Positions 1 to 11,410 of a DNA stretch of 27,452 bases are shown one piece after another. Each line of letters starts with the position of its first letter. The stretch's first letter is position 1. The position numbers and the translations under genes were made by a program. A model generated the notes under the pieces. That model ran no database searches and was not told where the DNA came from. It saw only the letters and a list, made by a program, of their open reading frames with translations. This DNA is from Macrostomum lignano (taxonomy: Eukaryota): positions 1 to 27,452 of the forward strand of contig NIVC01005062.1 in NCBI GenBank assembly GCA_002269645.1. The letters are read 5' to 3'.

Positions 1-36
1 ATGAAAATAAAAGATGCGTCAAGAGGAGCTACGGAT

Positions 37-655
37 ACACAATGCTGAGGAGCTGATGAGTTGCTGGGGAAACAATCCTGAGGAGCTCATGAGTTGCTGG
101 GGAAACAATCCTGAGGAGCTCATGGTTGCTGGGAAACAATCCTGAGGAGCTGATGAGTTGCTGGGGAAACAATCCTGAGGAGTATGGGTTGCTGGGGAAA
201 CAATCCTGAGGAGCTGATGAGTTGCTGGGGAAACAATCCTGAGGAGCTCATGAGTTGCTGGGGAAACAATCCTGAGGAGCTCATGGTTGCTGGGGAAACA
301 ATCCTGAGGAGCTGATGAGTTGCTGGGGAAACAATCCTGAGGAGTATGGCCGGGTTGCTGGGGAAACAATCCTGAGGAGCTCATGAGTTGCTGGGGAAAC
401 AATCCTGAGGATCTCATGAGTTGCTGGGGAAACAATCCTGAGGAGCTCATGAGTTGCTGGGAAACAATCCTGAGGAGCTCATGAGTTGCTGGGGAAACAA
501 TCCTGAGGAGCTCATGAGTTGCTGGGGAAACAATCCTGAGGAGCTCATGAGTTGCTGGGGAAACAATCCTGAGGAGCTCATGAGTTGCTGGGGAAACAAT
601 CCTGAGAAGCTCATGCGTTGCTGGGAAACGATTCTGACGAGCTCATGAGTTGTTG
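37..655. repeat. Minisatellite, 33-bp unit (gagttgctggggaaacaatcctgaggagctcat)
   Basis: About 19 near-identical tandem copies read directly. Confidence 0.95.
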
Positions 656-679
656 GGGAAACACAACCCGAGGACTCAT

Positions 680-950
680 GAGTTACTAGGGAGACACAGA
701 ACCCTGAGGAAGAACTCAGGAGTTGCTAGGGAGACACAGAACCCTGAGGAAGAACTTAGCAGTTGCTAGGGAGACACAGAACCCCGAGGAAGAACTCAGG
801 AGTTGCTAGGGAGACACAGAACCCTGAGGAAGAACTCAGGAGTTGCTAGGGAGACACAGAACCCTGAGGAAGAACTCAGCAGTTGCTAGGGAGACACAGA
901 ACCCTGAGGAAGAACTCAGCAGTTGCTAGGGAGACACAGAACCCTGAGGA
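680..950. repeat. Minisatellite, 40-bp unit (agttgctagggagacacagaaccctgaggaagaactcagg)
   Basis: About 7 tandem copies abutting the 33-bp array and sharing agttgct.gg and cctgagga. Confidence 0.95.
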
Positions 951-2002
951 TAAATTTTTTCCAACCACAACGCTTGCATAAGAAAAGCACAAAAAGACTG
1001 ATTTGGAATACTGTAACTCATAGTAGACTCAATAAATCTTTTGCATATATTAATCATCATCATTAGTCGTCACATTGATGAGTAGGACAATTATTGATAG
1101 ATAATAACGAATAGTAAATACGAATCATGTTAATGTTCACAAATATTTATGCTATACTACTCTTACAACAAGCGAATAACTGATCAATATAGGGCGCTCA
1201 AACGATAGCTAATTAACAAAACATGTATCAACGGCGTTGGTTTATAACAGTGGGCTTTGTGGGGAACTCAACCATTAATTAGCGCAAATTTAGTACGAAT
1301 AAAATAGTTAATACTTTGCTATCAAGCATTAGAATGTAAACAGATTAGATGTATAATATGATTCAAACATGGCTTGCTGTTATGGGAGAAAAGTCAAATA
1401 AACAGTTCAATCACAGCACAAATTCTATTATGGAGGCCTTACCGGTCACCAGGTGGGAAATTATGAGAATCATCATTTACGTTGCTAGCACATAACAGAA
1501 ATAGTCCAAATCTTGATTTATCTGTTGCAGATACTACTGCTATTAAATAACTCGTCAGTAGAGCAAGTAGCGCACAATGACCATTAGGAAAAAATAAAAT
1601 TTTGCAAACGTTCAACTTGGTAGAGAAAAAATGCTGTTCTCAAATTTAAATTTCGATAATTAATATGTTGCTTTGACTATAAGCTTCAAATGATGCCTAA
1701 AAGTCTACAAGGTGAGAGAAATGCTGTGCACCCCGTGTGAGCCTGTGTGTAAGTGCCTGCCTGCGTTCAGTATTGGCGCGCTTGTATGTGCTCAGCTGAG
1801 TCAGTGGAATGGGCAGAATTGCCGTCAGTGCTGGTTGTGGGACCATGTAAAAGCAGTCACTAAAAGACAACAGATATTTCTGTCTAGCTGATGCAATTTC
1901 AATCAAAATTTAGCTAATAAAAATAATTTAATTACCAAGTGTTAACATCACACGTCTACTAGCCAATGGTATTTAGCATTATAACTTTTTTGCATGTAAA
2001 GT

Positions 2003-2148
2003 TCATTGTCGCTTCTTTTGCCGGTCAATTTTCAGGGCCAGGCGAGGCCGGTCCACGAACTCGTCGCCATGGCGAACAATGCCGAACAGCGACAGCGCTA
2101 TCAGGCCGATGAATATCAGGCAGTGCAGTGCCGTGTCTGTCCAGCGCT
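2003..2148 (-). CDS. SAC1: SAC1 exon 7 (second TM helix, C-terminal tail, stop)
   Basis: cacag| acceptor. Encodes [40 protein letters not shown], matching the SAC1 W.E/DT...FVD.PRL tail. Confidence 0.93.
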
Positions 2149-5100
2149 CTGTGTGGAGAGGGAGAGAAGGAAGGGGGGGTGAAAATCCAATGGAGTTTAA
2201 AAAAAACATCACAAAAACAGGGTCCATGAGAGTTTCCCGCAGACGAATTGCCCGCCGAGAATAATCCCACTTTCGGGTCATTCCAAGAATCCCACAGTGG
2301 ATTATTTTAAAAATCACACTTTCGAGTTATTGTGAGAATCTTACTAACAGATCATTCTGAGAATATCCCTTTTATAGATTTTTTTTCAATGATCCCTAAT
2401 TCAATAATCTTGGAAATCATTCAAGGAATCCCAGTAAAAGTTTACCAGAAGAACCCCACCTTAAAGAACAGCATTTCAATCTGTCACTCACCAGCTGGTA
2501 GCAGAATACGCATCACTAGCAGAGCCAGGCCAATCAAAGCGGCAGCTGGTAGGGCTCTCTTCATCAAGCTAGCCGACTCGGCGGCAACTTCAAAGGGACT
2601 AGCCGCACCCGGTTCCGGTTGATAATTGCCCAAAAACAAATCGATAGCGTCCTGACGAAATCCATCGGTGAAATTATTCTTAGCATATCTGACCATGCTG
2701 TTGTAGCCGTCCATCAGTGCCCCGTATTTAGTGCGCTTGCCAGTGCGCGTGAAATCGGCCTTCAAAGCGCCAGTGCCCGTGTACTGCTGGGCCAGCGTGT
2801 CTGCATTGTCGGCCCAGACGTTCTTTAGAAATCGTTCAACATCGTCGGATAGGCGGCCATTGGCGCCGTCTTCTAGCCAGCCAAGCGAACGGAATTGGTC
2901 TAGCAGTGCCCGCCTAGCCAGCATGCCTTGCACTACATTGGTGCGGTCTAGGCAATCTATGCAGTTCACCCGGAATACACTCTTCTGCTGGAGAGCCACC
3001 GAGCCTGCCAAGTGATGAGGCGACGGATGAAGCGACGAGGAGAGTTAGATAGGGGCTAGATAAGGCAGGTGAGGAAAGGGTAAGGCGAGGCGGGTGAAGA
3101 TGGTGAGGCGAGGTGGGTGAAGAGAGGGTGAGACAATACGAGGAAAGAGGGTAAAGCAAGGCGGATGAGGAGCTGGTTAGAAGAGGCGGGTGAAGAGAGT
3201 GTGAGGCGAGGCGGGTAAAGATAGGGTAAAGCAAGGTGGGTGAAGAGAGGGTAAGGTAAGGCGGGTGAGGAGGGGAGGGTAAGGAGAGGCGGGTAAAGAG
3301 AGGGTAAAGCAAGGTGGGTGAAGAGAGGGTAAGGTAAGGCGGGTGAGGAGAGGGTAAGGAGAGGCGGGTGAAGAGAGGGTAAAGCAAGGCGGGTGAAGAG
3401 AGGGTAAAGCAAGGCGGGTGAAGAGAGGAAGACGAGGCGGGTTGAGAGTACAATGGGAGAATAATTAGATGAGGCATAATGATCGGAGGCTGACTGACCA
3501 TCGGCTGCAATATGAAAATATCCCATAGCCTGATGATCAGGCTCGGTCCGGTCCATGAGCAGAGACAGCCGGTCCCAGCGCATCCGGCTGCACTCCTTGT
3601 GAAAGTCGAAATGCTCGTAGCGAACCTCGGCGGCGCCGAGCAGCTCCGGCTGAGAGCAGCTGCGGCTGAAACTGGCGCACAGCTCGCGTTCGGCGCCTTT
3701 GGTGTCCAGCAAATTGATTACTATTTGCTTGCCGTACCTGTGAGTGAACACCTGCGATGTGGGGTAGGAGTTTTATGGGTTTCTACTGGACTGGATTTGG
3801 CGCCATAAAACAGCTGGAATTCTACTGAATTGGAGTTGGCGCCGAAAACAGCTGGAATTCCACTGGACTGGATTTGGCGCTAAAAACAGCTGGAATTCTA
3901 CTGGCTTGAAGTTGGCGCCAAAAATAACTATAATTCTAGTAGATTGGATTTGGCGCCAAAAAAACAGCTGGAATTCTAATGGATTGAAGTTGGCGCCAAA
4001 AACAACTATAATTCTAGTAGATTGGGTTTGGTGCCATAAAACAGCTGGAATTCTACTGGATTGAAGTTGGCGCCAAAAACAACTATAATTCTAGTAGATT
4101 GTATTTGGCGCCAAAACAGTTGGAATTTTACTGGATTGGATTTGGCACTATAAAACACCTGGAATTCTACTGTATTGGAGTTGGCGCCAAAAACACCTGG
4201 AATTTTACTGTATTGGATTTGGCGCCATAAAACACCTGAAATTCTACTGTATTGGATTTGGCGCCATGAAACAGCTGGAATTCTACTAAATTGGATTTGG
4301 CGTCACACAAGGACTTGGCTTTAACTGAATAAAAATGATAAAATTTCCTAACCTGATCATTGAAGTGAGCGGAGAACACGGCCGTCTGCAGATGGGCCTC
4401 CTTAGCCAGGTCCGGTTTCGGCTTGTACTTTAAATTGGGATACTGCGACCAGCTGAGCGGCACGGAGCCGCGAGTCACCACAAAGCTGAACTTTTGACCC
4501 TGCGCCTGTACCAGCTGCTCTGTCTCTACAAAATTGGCCACGCAGCCATTCTCGTCGGCGCCGCGCATGTAGAATCGAACCCCGGCCCGGAATCGGGAGC
4601 GCCGGCTGATCAGGGCGTAGTCGAATGCCCGGTCCTGTGATGATTGGGGAATGGGATTTATGACGCGGGGAATGGGATTAGGGATAATTGGATAATCGGG
4701 GTATGAATGAGATAAAGAGACATAGGGGATCACTGGAAACGTGGTAAAGAGATGAGAGTGGGATTAGGGATCACTGCGAGGATGGGGAAGAATAGGGAGT
4801 GGGATTAATGATCACTAGGGGGTTGGGGAAGAATGGGAGTGGGATTAATGATCACTAGGAGGATGAGGAAGAATGGGAGTGGGATTAAAGATCTCTAGGA
4901 GGATGGGGAAGAATGGTAGTGGGATTAAAGATCACTAGGAGGATGGGGAATAATGGGAGTGGGATTAAAGATCAATAGGAGGATGGGGAAGAATGGGGAG
5001 TGGGATTAAAGATCACTAGGAGGATGGGGAAGAATGGTAGTGGGATTAAAGATCATTAGGGGGTTGGGGAAGAATGGGAGTGGGATTAAAGATCACTAGG

Positions 5101-8100
5101 AGGATGAGGAAGAATGGGAGTGGGATTAAAGATCACTAGGAGGATGGGGAAGAATGGGGAGTGGGATTAAAGATCACTAGGAGGATGGGGAAGAATGGGA
5201 GTGGGATTAAAGATCACTAGGGGGATGGGGAAGAATGGGAGTGAGATTTGCTATAAAGGAGCAGAAATACAAACAGAATATTTCATAGATCAACAACGCC
5301 CCAGACCTACCCGATAAACCGAACTCCAAATGCTGACAAATCCGTGCATAATTGGCAAAGCAAAACGGGAAAAGCCTCTTAAATCGCCTAGCAACTGGTG
5401 ATTCCAAACAAATCGTTCATCGGCACGTTCGGCTAAGGCCAGGCTGCGAAACTCCGGACTGGTGTCGGCTAGACGTTGAGCGGAGTGAGTCACGTCTAAC
5501 GTATAGGAGAAATAATAATTGGGAGTTTTGAGAACCTCCTGCACCATGGCTAGATAGGCGGCCGCGTCGGAGGCCTGCTGTGGCGACAGGCTGGCTGAGA
5601 GGCGTTGAAACGGCAGCACATCGGTGGCATCGACGCGCCAGACATTGTGACCCCACAGATTGCCAACTAGAGCTCGCGATCGAATAGTTAACAGCTGAGG
5701 CCCGGCTGGAGGAGGCAGACGGATGATGCCCCACAGGCCGTAGATTGTAGTTGGCTGAGTGCCAGTTGTTGTTGGCACAATGGACCGATCAGCTTTACAA
5801 GGAGGGGTGTTAAAAAAACAGCTAGAAAAGTTTAACTACTGAAAGTAGCAAAATTAAATTTTGAAATTGCACCGCCTACTGCACCGCCAAGGGTCGATGT
5901 CCCACTAACCCATCACCCCATTCCTACACATGGACACAGGGACAGGGACACACAGAGAAAAGACAGGGACACACAGAGAAAAGACAGGGAGACACAGAGA
6001 AAAGACAGGGAGACACAGAGAAAAGACAGGGAGACACCTAGAAAAGACAGGGAGACACAGAGAAAAGACAAGGAGACACAGGGAGACAAAAAATCCAATA
6101 AAATTTGAATTAAATCAAAATTGAAAATAACAGATCAATTTTTATTGCTTTTTAGGCCTTTAAAAATTTATAAATACTTATCTTTGCTACTAAAAGTAGA
6201 CTACTAGCATTTTTGTGAATAAAATATCTACATTCAATGTGTAGAATTTTTGCAATTCTAACAAAGTGCAACTCACCAGTGACAGAAACATCGGTTGTCT
6301 GTTTGTCAATAACCAGAATTTCATTACCATCAACTGGCTGAATTATAAACTTCTCTGTGGTTGAGTATCTAAAACATTAATTAAAGTATTAATTGAACCA
6401 GCTTGTTTGCCAGCCATTGGAAATGGAAAAAGGCTAAATTATACCATTATGAACTACAAAATATTACTAAAGCTACAAAGTATTCATTATTACATACAAT
6501 AATTCTTAAGCATGTAAATAATGCAAAAGCTAAAAATCACATAGAAGTACAAATTAATAGTTTGCTATTAATTGAGTTGTGATTACTTAATATTTACATT
6601 TACTAGAAAAAACAGAGTTATTAAATACTATACACTTATAATTAAAATATAAAAAATTACTTTATGATACCAAAGCAAATTAATACTTATCTAATAAAAT
6701 AACTGAAAAAACAAACTAGGCCTACTAAATGCATACATAAAAAGACTACAGGCATATTATGTCATGATACTATAGCGACCAAAATAAAAAAATTATATAA
6801 TGAATAGTAATTAAGCCTAATTATACCAAACTTTAGTAGCTCTCTAGGAGCTAAAAGTCAATTGATCTTTATTATAGAGGTTGAAACAAATGCAGTTTCT
6901 TTGCTATATTTTTAGATCTGGGTTAGTACCAAGATCTGGTTAAATAATAAAAAAGTTATAGCATTTTTTGTCCAGTTACAATTTTTTTAGATAGGAAAAA
7001 TACATTATAGGTTGTTGCCATTGGAAGTATGAAAACAAAATTTTTCACTTTTTGTTGTCATATCTTTTTTGCTATTCAACTTATAATGTTGAGTCTGGTA
7101 TCATTTTAAAGATCAATCAGTTTTAAATAAGATTAGCAAATTGTTTTTATTCTTTTTAATGCATCTTTTTTGGGGTTTGCATTTGAATTTTTTAAAAGTG
7201 AAAAGGGCACATCAAAAATAGAGCAAAATGAAAATTTCAAATGGCTACTATTTAAAAGTTATTTGCTTTTTCTGAAATCTTTTTTTTTGTTTGCTTTACA
7301 ACACATAAAAGTATATGTTATTATACCTCTTTTGCCTATACATTGGCAAGGGTTAAAAAATTCACCCAATTTGGTGACTTTTTTGCTACTGGAACTTAAT
7401 AGCATATCTTAAATTTGCACATTTTTCAACTTTGAATGATTATAATTTTTAGACTTATGAACATATATCAAGTTTGATTTGTTTTATTTATTGAGAAACA
7501 TATGAAAATGTTCATTGTGTACTTTGGTTTATTCAAAAGCTTTTTTCATTTTTCCCAATATTTTTGCTTGTTGATTAGCTGCAACTAAAGACTGAAGTTA
7601 GCATGTTTTATATTTAATGCTTATTTTCATTACATACACAATATTTATTGTCTGCTTTGCTTTTTAAATGCAAAATATATAGATAAATGATTGTTGATAG
7701 ACTAATGTATTGTATATTTTTGTATTGAGCCTCCTATTGTAAAATTTTATATTGTGTATGAGTAAAGCTGCTAATGAACTTTCATATCTACACGAAAGTG
7801 TAAAGAAGTATTTAAAAATATATTGTACTTAAAATTGTATATTTTTAAGTTGCTTATTAAATATACAAATTGAATAAACACAATTTCTTATGAAATTCAG
7901 TTCACTTTATGAGAGTTTGCATTGCAGACCAAGGTTACATGCATTCAAAGCATCAATCACTTGTTGTGATTGCAATTGCTATAGCTCAATAAGCTGAAAC
8001 ATACATTTATTTGAATTATATTACCTATAGACAAATTTGCAATGGTAAAAGTCCTTCTTTATGGTAAAGAAAAGCTATAACAACCCACTTTTTATATAAG

Positions 8101-11100
8101 TAGCATGTAAGTAGTGTGTGTGTACATATTTTTTGAAAAAAAGAACTTGTGATTGCATGCTTCTGACACAAAAAAGGAGATTGCTAACTTTGTCAAATTG
8201 TTATCTAAGAGTCTATGACATTTTACTGTTTAGTAACAAACCAAAGAAAACTCAAAAATCAATATAAGTAGCATATAAGTAGTATAGCTACTAAAAGCAA
8301 ACATTGCTGCTGGTCCTTAGCAGATATATGCAGAAAGAAAAAAAGTGATATGAAGAATTCCTATAAGTTCCTCTATTAAATACAGTAAAATAATAGTCTT
8401 AGGAATTCTTGCTAGAAAAATTCTGCTCTTTGACTTAAAACAAATCTATTTTACACTGAGGAGATAGGCAAAAATAGGTCCCAATAACTTTTTGGTGGAT
8501 ATAGATAGACATGTGCAGTTTTTTCTTATGTAATCACATTTTGGAATAGCATTCATATCTGGGTTTTACTAAGCTTTGGAAATGCAAGCACAATTTTTAT
8601 TCAACTTTATTTTTTTATACTGTCTAAATAGGGAGAAAAAATTTTTTTTCAAGATGTAGAAAAAGTTACCCAATATATTTGCTTGTATCACTAAATATTT
8701 ATATTTTGTTGCCACAAAAAGTGACTTTTGAAAGTTTGTTTTTTTTTGTTAGAAACCAATTATTTTAACAAAATGAGTGTATACAAAAAGACAAAGTTCA
8801 GTGGGATACTATTTGGCATATAATGTATATATATTTTTGTTTCTTTATCTAATTAGAACAAGTATAAACTCTTCTTTAACATGTATATTTTGTTTTTGCT
8901 AAAAATGTTTTTTATGCTTGGCAATTTCATTAATAAAAAACCCTATTTTACGATTTTTCATATAATTAATAGCTTATGGTACACTCATTGGAGTCCCTAC
9001 CTTTATGTACAGTTAAAATCTATTGGCATTAAATTTTAAGCTACTGATGGATACAAACATTTGGATTCAGAATCCAAATCTAAAAAGTGTCTCAATTTTT
9101 AAGAAATAGGCCTATGGCTATAAATGTTTCAAACTTAGAAATGTTTCCAAATATTTTAAATGAGCTTCCACACATAAAAAACAAGTCAAGAAACCAAAAC
9201 AAATGCAAATGTAAAAGAAATAAAACTTTTGAATCATTTGGTTTTGCTAGATACTAGATAGTGATAGACATACATGCGCAACAGTTGGCCGAGTCGGCCG
9301 ATCCAGCCGACCGATTTGGCAGCCAACCAAGGTAAGTCGCAAAAATGCCTACCCCGAAGAATACAGATGTAATACTAATTAGATGATGAGGCATTTAGCC
9401 CTCATAAGACAGTCATAGTTACTCCTACTGTTTACCCACAATTGCTTTAATTTTGCTTTAGGGTTTCTTTCATAGGTAAGTCACATTTTTGGCCAAAAAC
9501 TACGTCACATTTTTGTTAAAACTAAGTCGCATGGCTGACTGAATTTTGGAGGTTGCGCATGTATGGTGATAGATATAGACCTAATAATAATAATATATAA
9601 GCCTAAGATAGAATCTTATCAGTTATTTTATTAGGTCTATATTATTCATATAAATAGATCACTAATTAGATGATAAGACATTTTTGTAAAGTAAACGTCT
9701 TTTAGTTACTCCCAGTGTTTACCGTACTTTTTGCTTACAGTTGGATATTTGGATTTGGATTTGGGTTTAGAAACTTACAAAAATCCACATTTGGTCCATC
9801 ATTATTGGCAGTGTGGTTAGGCTTTATCTCAAGTAGCAGATGCAATAAAATGGTAAAAAAACTAGGCCTAGACAAAAACACAATGGGAACCAGTGTTGAG
9901 CAAAGTTCTGGTTCTTCTGGCAATTTTAGTAACTGGAAGTTACTTTTTTTAAAGTGGCACTTTTTTGGTTGTTTTTTAGAATGCCAGACTTTAGTAATGG
10001 AAGTTACTTTTTGATAAGTCTGGTCTTCTAGTACTTGAACATAAAATTTTAGGTGCCAAACAATCAATTTAGCCCTAAATATTTCCTAAAAGTGCAAAAA
10101 TTTCACCAAAATACTTGTAGTATAATGACAAAAAGGTAAAAATGATGATCCTAGATCAGGTGGTTTTTTTTAGTTAAAGCACATTTTAAGCATCATATAG
10201 AATCATAGAATGAAGAAATTATTTTGGTACTACTATTGCTGAAACATGCCACATTCAAAACAATAAAAATCCTTGTTTAATAACTCTGCAAGTTTTTTAA
10301 CAAGCATAACTAGCAATACATTAGGACACTACACTTGTGATTCGTGGAACATTTTTTGAAGGCTGCAATTTCTTCCTTTCAATGTTCATGTAAGATGACA
10401 TAAGTTATACATTTTAAGAAGGTTTTGAGTTTTAACTCCTTTGAGGCTTTGGTCCATCTATCAATTTCCAGCCATTTGTTGTCTAGTATCTCTTTTGTTA
10501 ACTATTAACTGGCATTTCTAAAGCTCCTAGAATATTATTATTGATTCTAAATGAGTCAGCAGTACAAAAGTATACTTATACTACTGTAAAAATATAGCTG
10601 CTATAAGACTATAGCACAATAATATATATAGTAGGGTGACAAGAGAATGGCTTACACAAACTAAGAATTGCCTAAAGTATTCTACACTGATCATTGTGAT
10701 ATATCTATTGGACAAAAATGATCTCCATATATACTTCTCTGAAGAATCAGAAACAATATTTGAAAATCAGCCTCTAAATTTTTTATGTGAATCATCCTGA
10801 TATACTGTTAATCTTTGTTTTGTAAAGGTGTTTTTTATTCACTCACATTTTGGATGTGATAATAATAATAAAACATGTAGCATCTTTATTTGAGAAATAA
10901 CATCATGTTTTACTCTAGACTAATACATGCTTTTGTTTTTTTCATGAAGACATGTTTAAGTACTTTTTAATTGGCAGTTTGAAATTAGAAAGGACCAGTA
11001 ATGGAAGTACCAGAAGTTAGGCCTACTTTTTTTTAAGTACTGGTACTAGAACAAGTGTTAGAAGTTACTTTCTTTGGAACTAGAAGTTACTTAACCAAAG

Positions 11101-11410
11101 TTACTTTTTCAGAGTAACTTTCATTCATTCATCAATGAATGAATTTTCATTCCGGCATACACCTGCCATGATCTAGACTATGGAATAGGCCTAGGGGCCT
11201 ACCATCCATACAGATAATGGCACAGAAAAGTAAAGCTTTTTTGACTAACTAACAAAAAATTCAGATATTTTAGAAAAGCTGAAAATTATTTGATAACTTC
11301 GATAAGCATAGGCCTATTGCGATTGAAATAAACTTTAGTCTTTAAGTGACAACATTTCACACAGACATGCATGATGCATTTACTTACAACTGAAGCTGCT
11401 CATAAATCAT
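2003..11410 (-). CDS. SAC1: SAC1 phosphatidylinositol-phosphate phosphatase, full spliced gene (7 coding exons, 596 aa)
   Basis: Seven exons with GT-AG boundaries join in frame (23+92+482+282+253+513+146=1791 nt; intron phases 2,1,0,0,1,1). The protein follows SAC1 from MIYEQLQL through RFVWN, LISRRS..RAGVRFY.RG, NFVETEQ, RGSVP and the catalytic CX5R motif ([10 protein letters not shown]), then [23 protein letters not shown], two TM segments and D.PRL. Confidence 0.95.
2492..3004 (-). CDS. SAC1: SAC1 exon 6 (catalytic CX5R motif and first TM helix)
   Basis: ggcag| acceptor and |gtgagt donor. Encodes [42 protein letters not shown] and hydrophobic [19 protein letters not shown]. Confidence 0.97.
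3040..3445. repeat. SAC1 intron 5 minisatellite, ~25-bp unit (aggcgggtgaagagagggtaaagca)
   Basis: Degenerate tandem copies filling most of intron 3005-3498. Confidence 0.85.
3499..3751 (-). CDS. SAC1: SAC1 exon 5
   Basis: cgcag| acceptor and |gtcagt donor. Encodes [25 protein letters not shown]. Confidence 0.93.
3775..4305. repeat. SAC1 intron 4 minisatellite, ~39-bp unit (ttggcgccaaaaacagctggaattctactggattgga..)
   Basis: About 14 tandem copies filling most of intron 3752-4352. Confidence 0.92.
4353..4634 (-). CDS. SAC1: SAC1 exon 4
   Basis: cacag| acceptor and |gttagg donor. Encodes [29 protein letters not shown] and [19 protein letters not shown]. Confidence 0.96.
4730..5245. repeat. SAC1 intron 3 minisatellite, 40-bp unit (gggagtgggattaaagatcactaggaggatggggaagaat)
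   Basis: About 13 tandem copies filling most of intron 4635-5310. Confidence 0.93.
5311..5792 (-). CDS. SAC1: SAC1 exon 3
   Basis: taaag| acceptor and |gtaggt donor. Encodes [40 protein letters not shown] and [10 protein letters not shown]. Confidence 0.95.
5933..6088. repeat. SAC1 intron 2 minisatellite, 21-bp unit (agacacagagaaaagacaggg)
   Basis: About 7 tandem copies. Confidence 0.92.
6277..6368 (-). CDS. SAC1: SAC1 exon 2 ([30 protein letters not shown])
   Basis: ttttag| acceptor and |gtgagt donor. It aligns with the SAC1 N-terminal T.EKF....D...L.ID....V segment, and phases 2/1 fit both neighbours. Confidence 0.9.
9269..9565. mobile_element. MITE (297 bp), 8-bp TSD, hAT- or P-like; copy 1, in SAC1 intron 1
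   Basis: 14-bp TIR catacatgcgcaac...gttgcgcatgtatg, flanked by direct repeat gtgataga (9261-9268 and 9566-9573). Homologous to 15247-15544 in inverted orientation. Confidence 0.9.
11388..11410 (-). CDS. SAC1: SAC1 exon 1 (23 coding nt, MIYEQLQL)
   Basis: The minus strand reads ATG ATT TAT GAG CAG CTT CAG TT|gtaagt. This matches the SAC1 N-terminal YEQL.L, has a perfect donor, and its phase 2 fits exon 2. Confidence 0.85.

Noticed and set aside
19-648. Repetitive ORFs (MSCWGNNPEEL / MSSSGLFPQQL repeats)
   Set aside because: They arise from a 33-bp unit (a multiple of 3). Length-variant monomers break the frame, and no coding flanks or splice sites were found.
1521-1536. 16-bp exact match tctgttgcagatacta with 18495-18510
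   Set aside because: One 16-mer match in a 27-kb window is within chance, and the match does not extend.
2914-3510. 198-aa minus-strand ORF and the repeat-derived extensions of SAC1 exon ORFs (3056-3498, 4167-4352, 4635-4733)
   Set aside because: These are translations of intronic minisatellites. Splice sites and SAC1 homology define the true exon limits.
9890-11125. Degenerate aagttact/agtaact and agtaatggaagt motifs suggesting old transposon remnants
   Set aside because: No clear TIR pair or TSD could be defined by eye.
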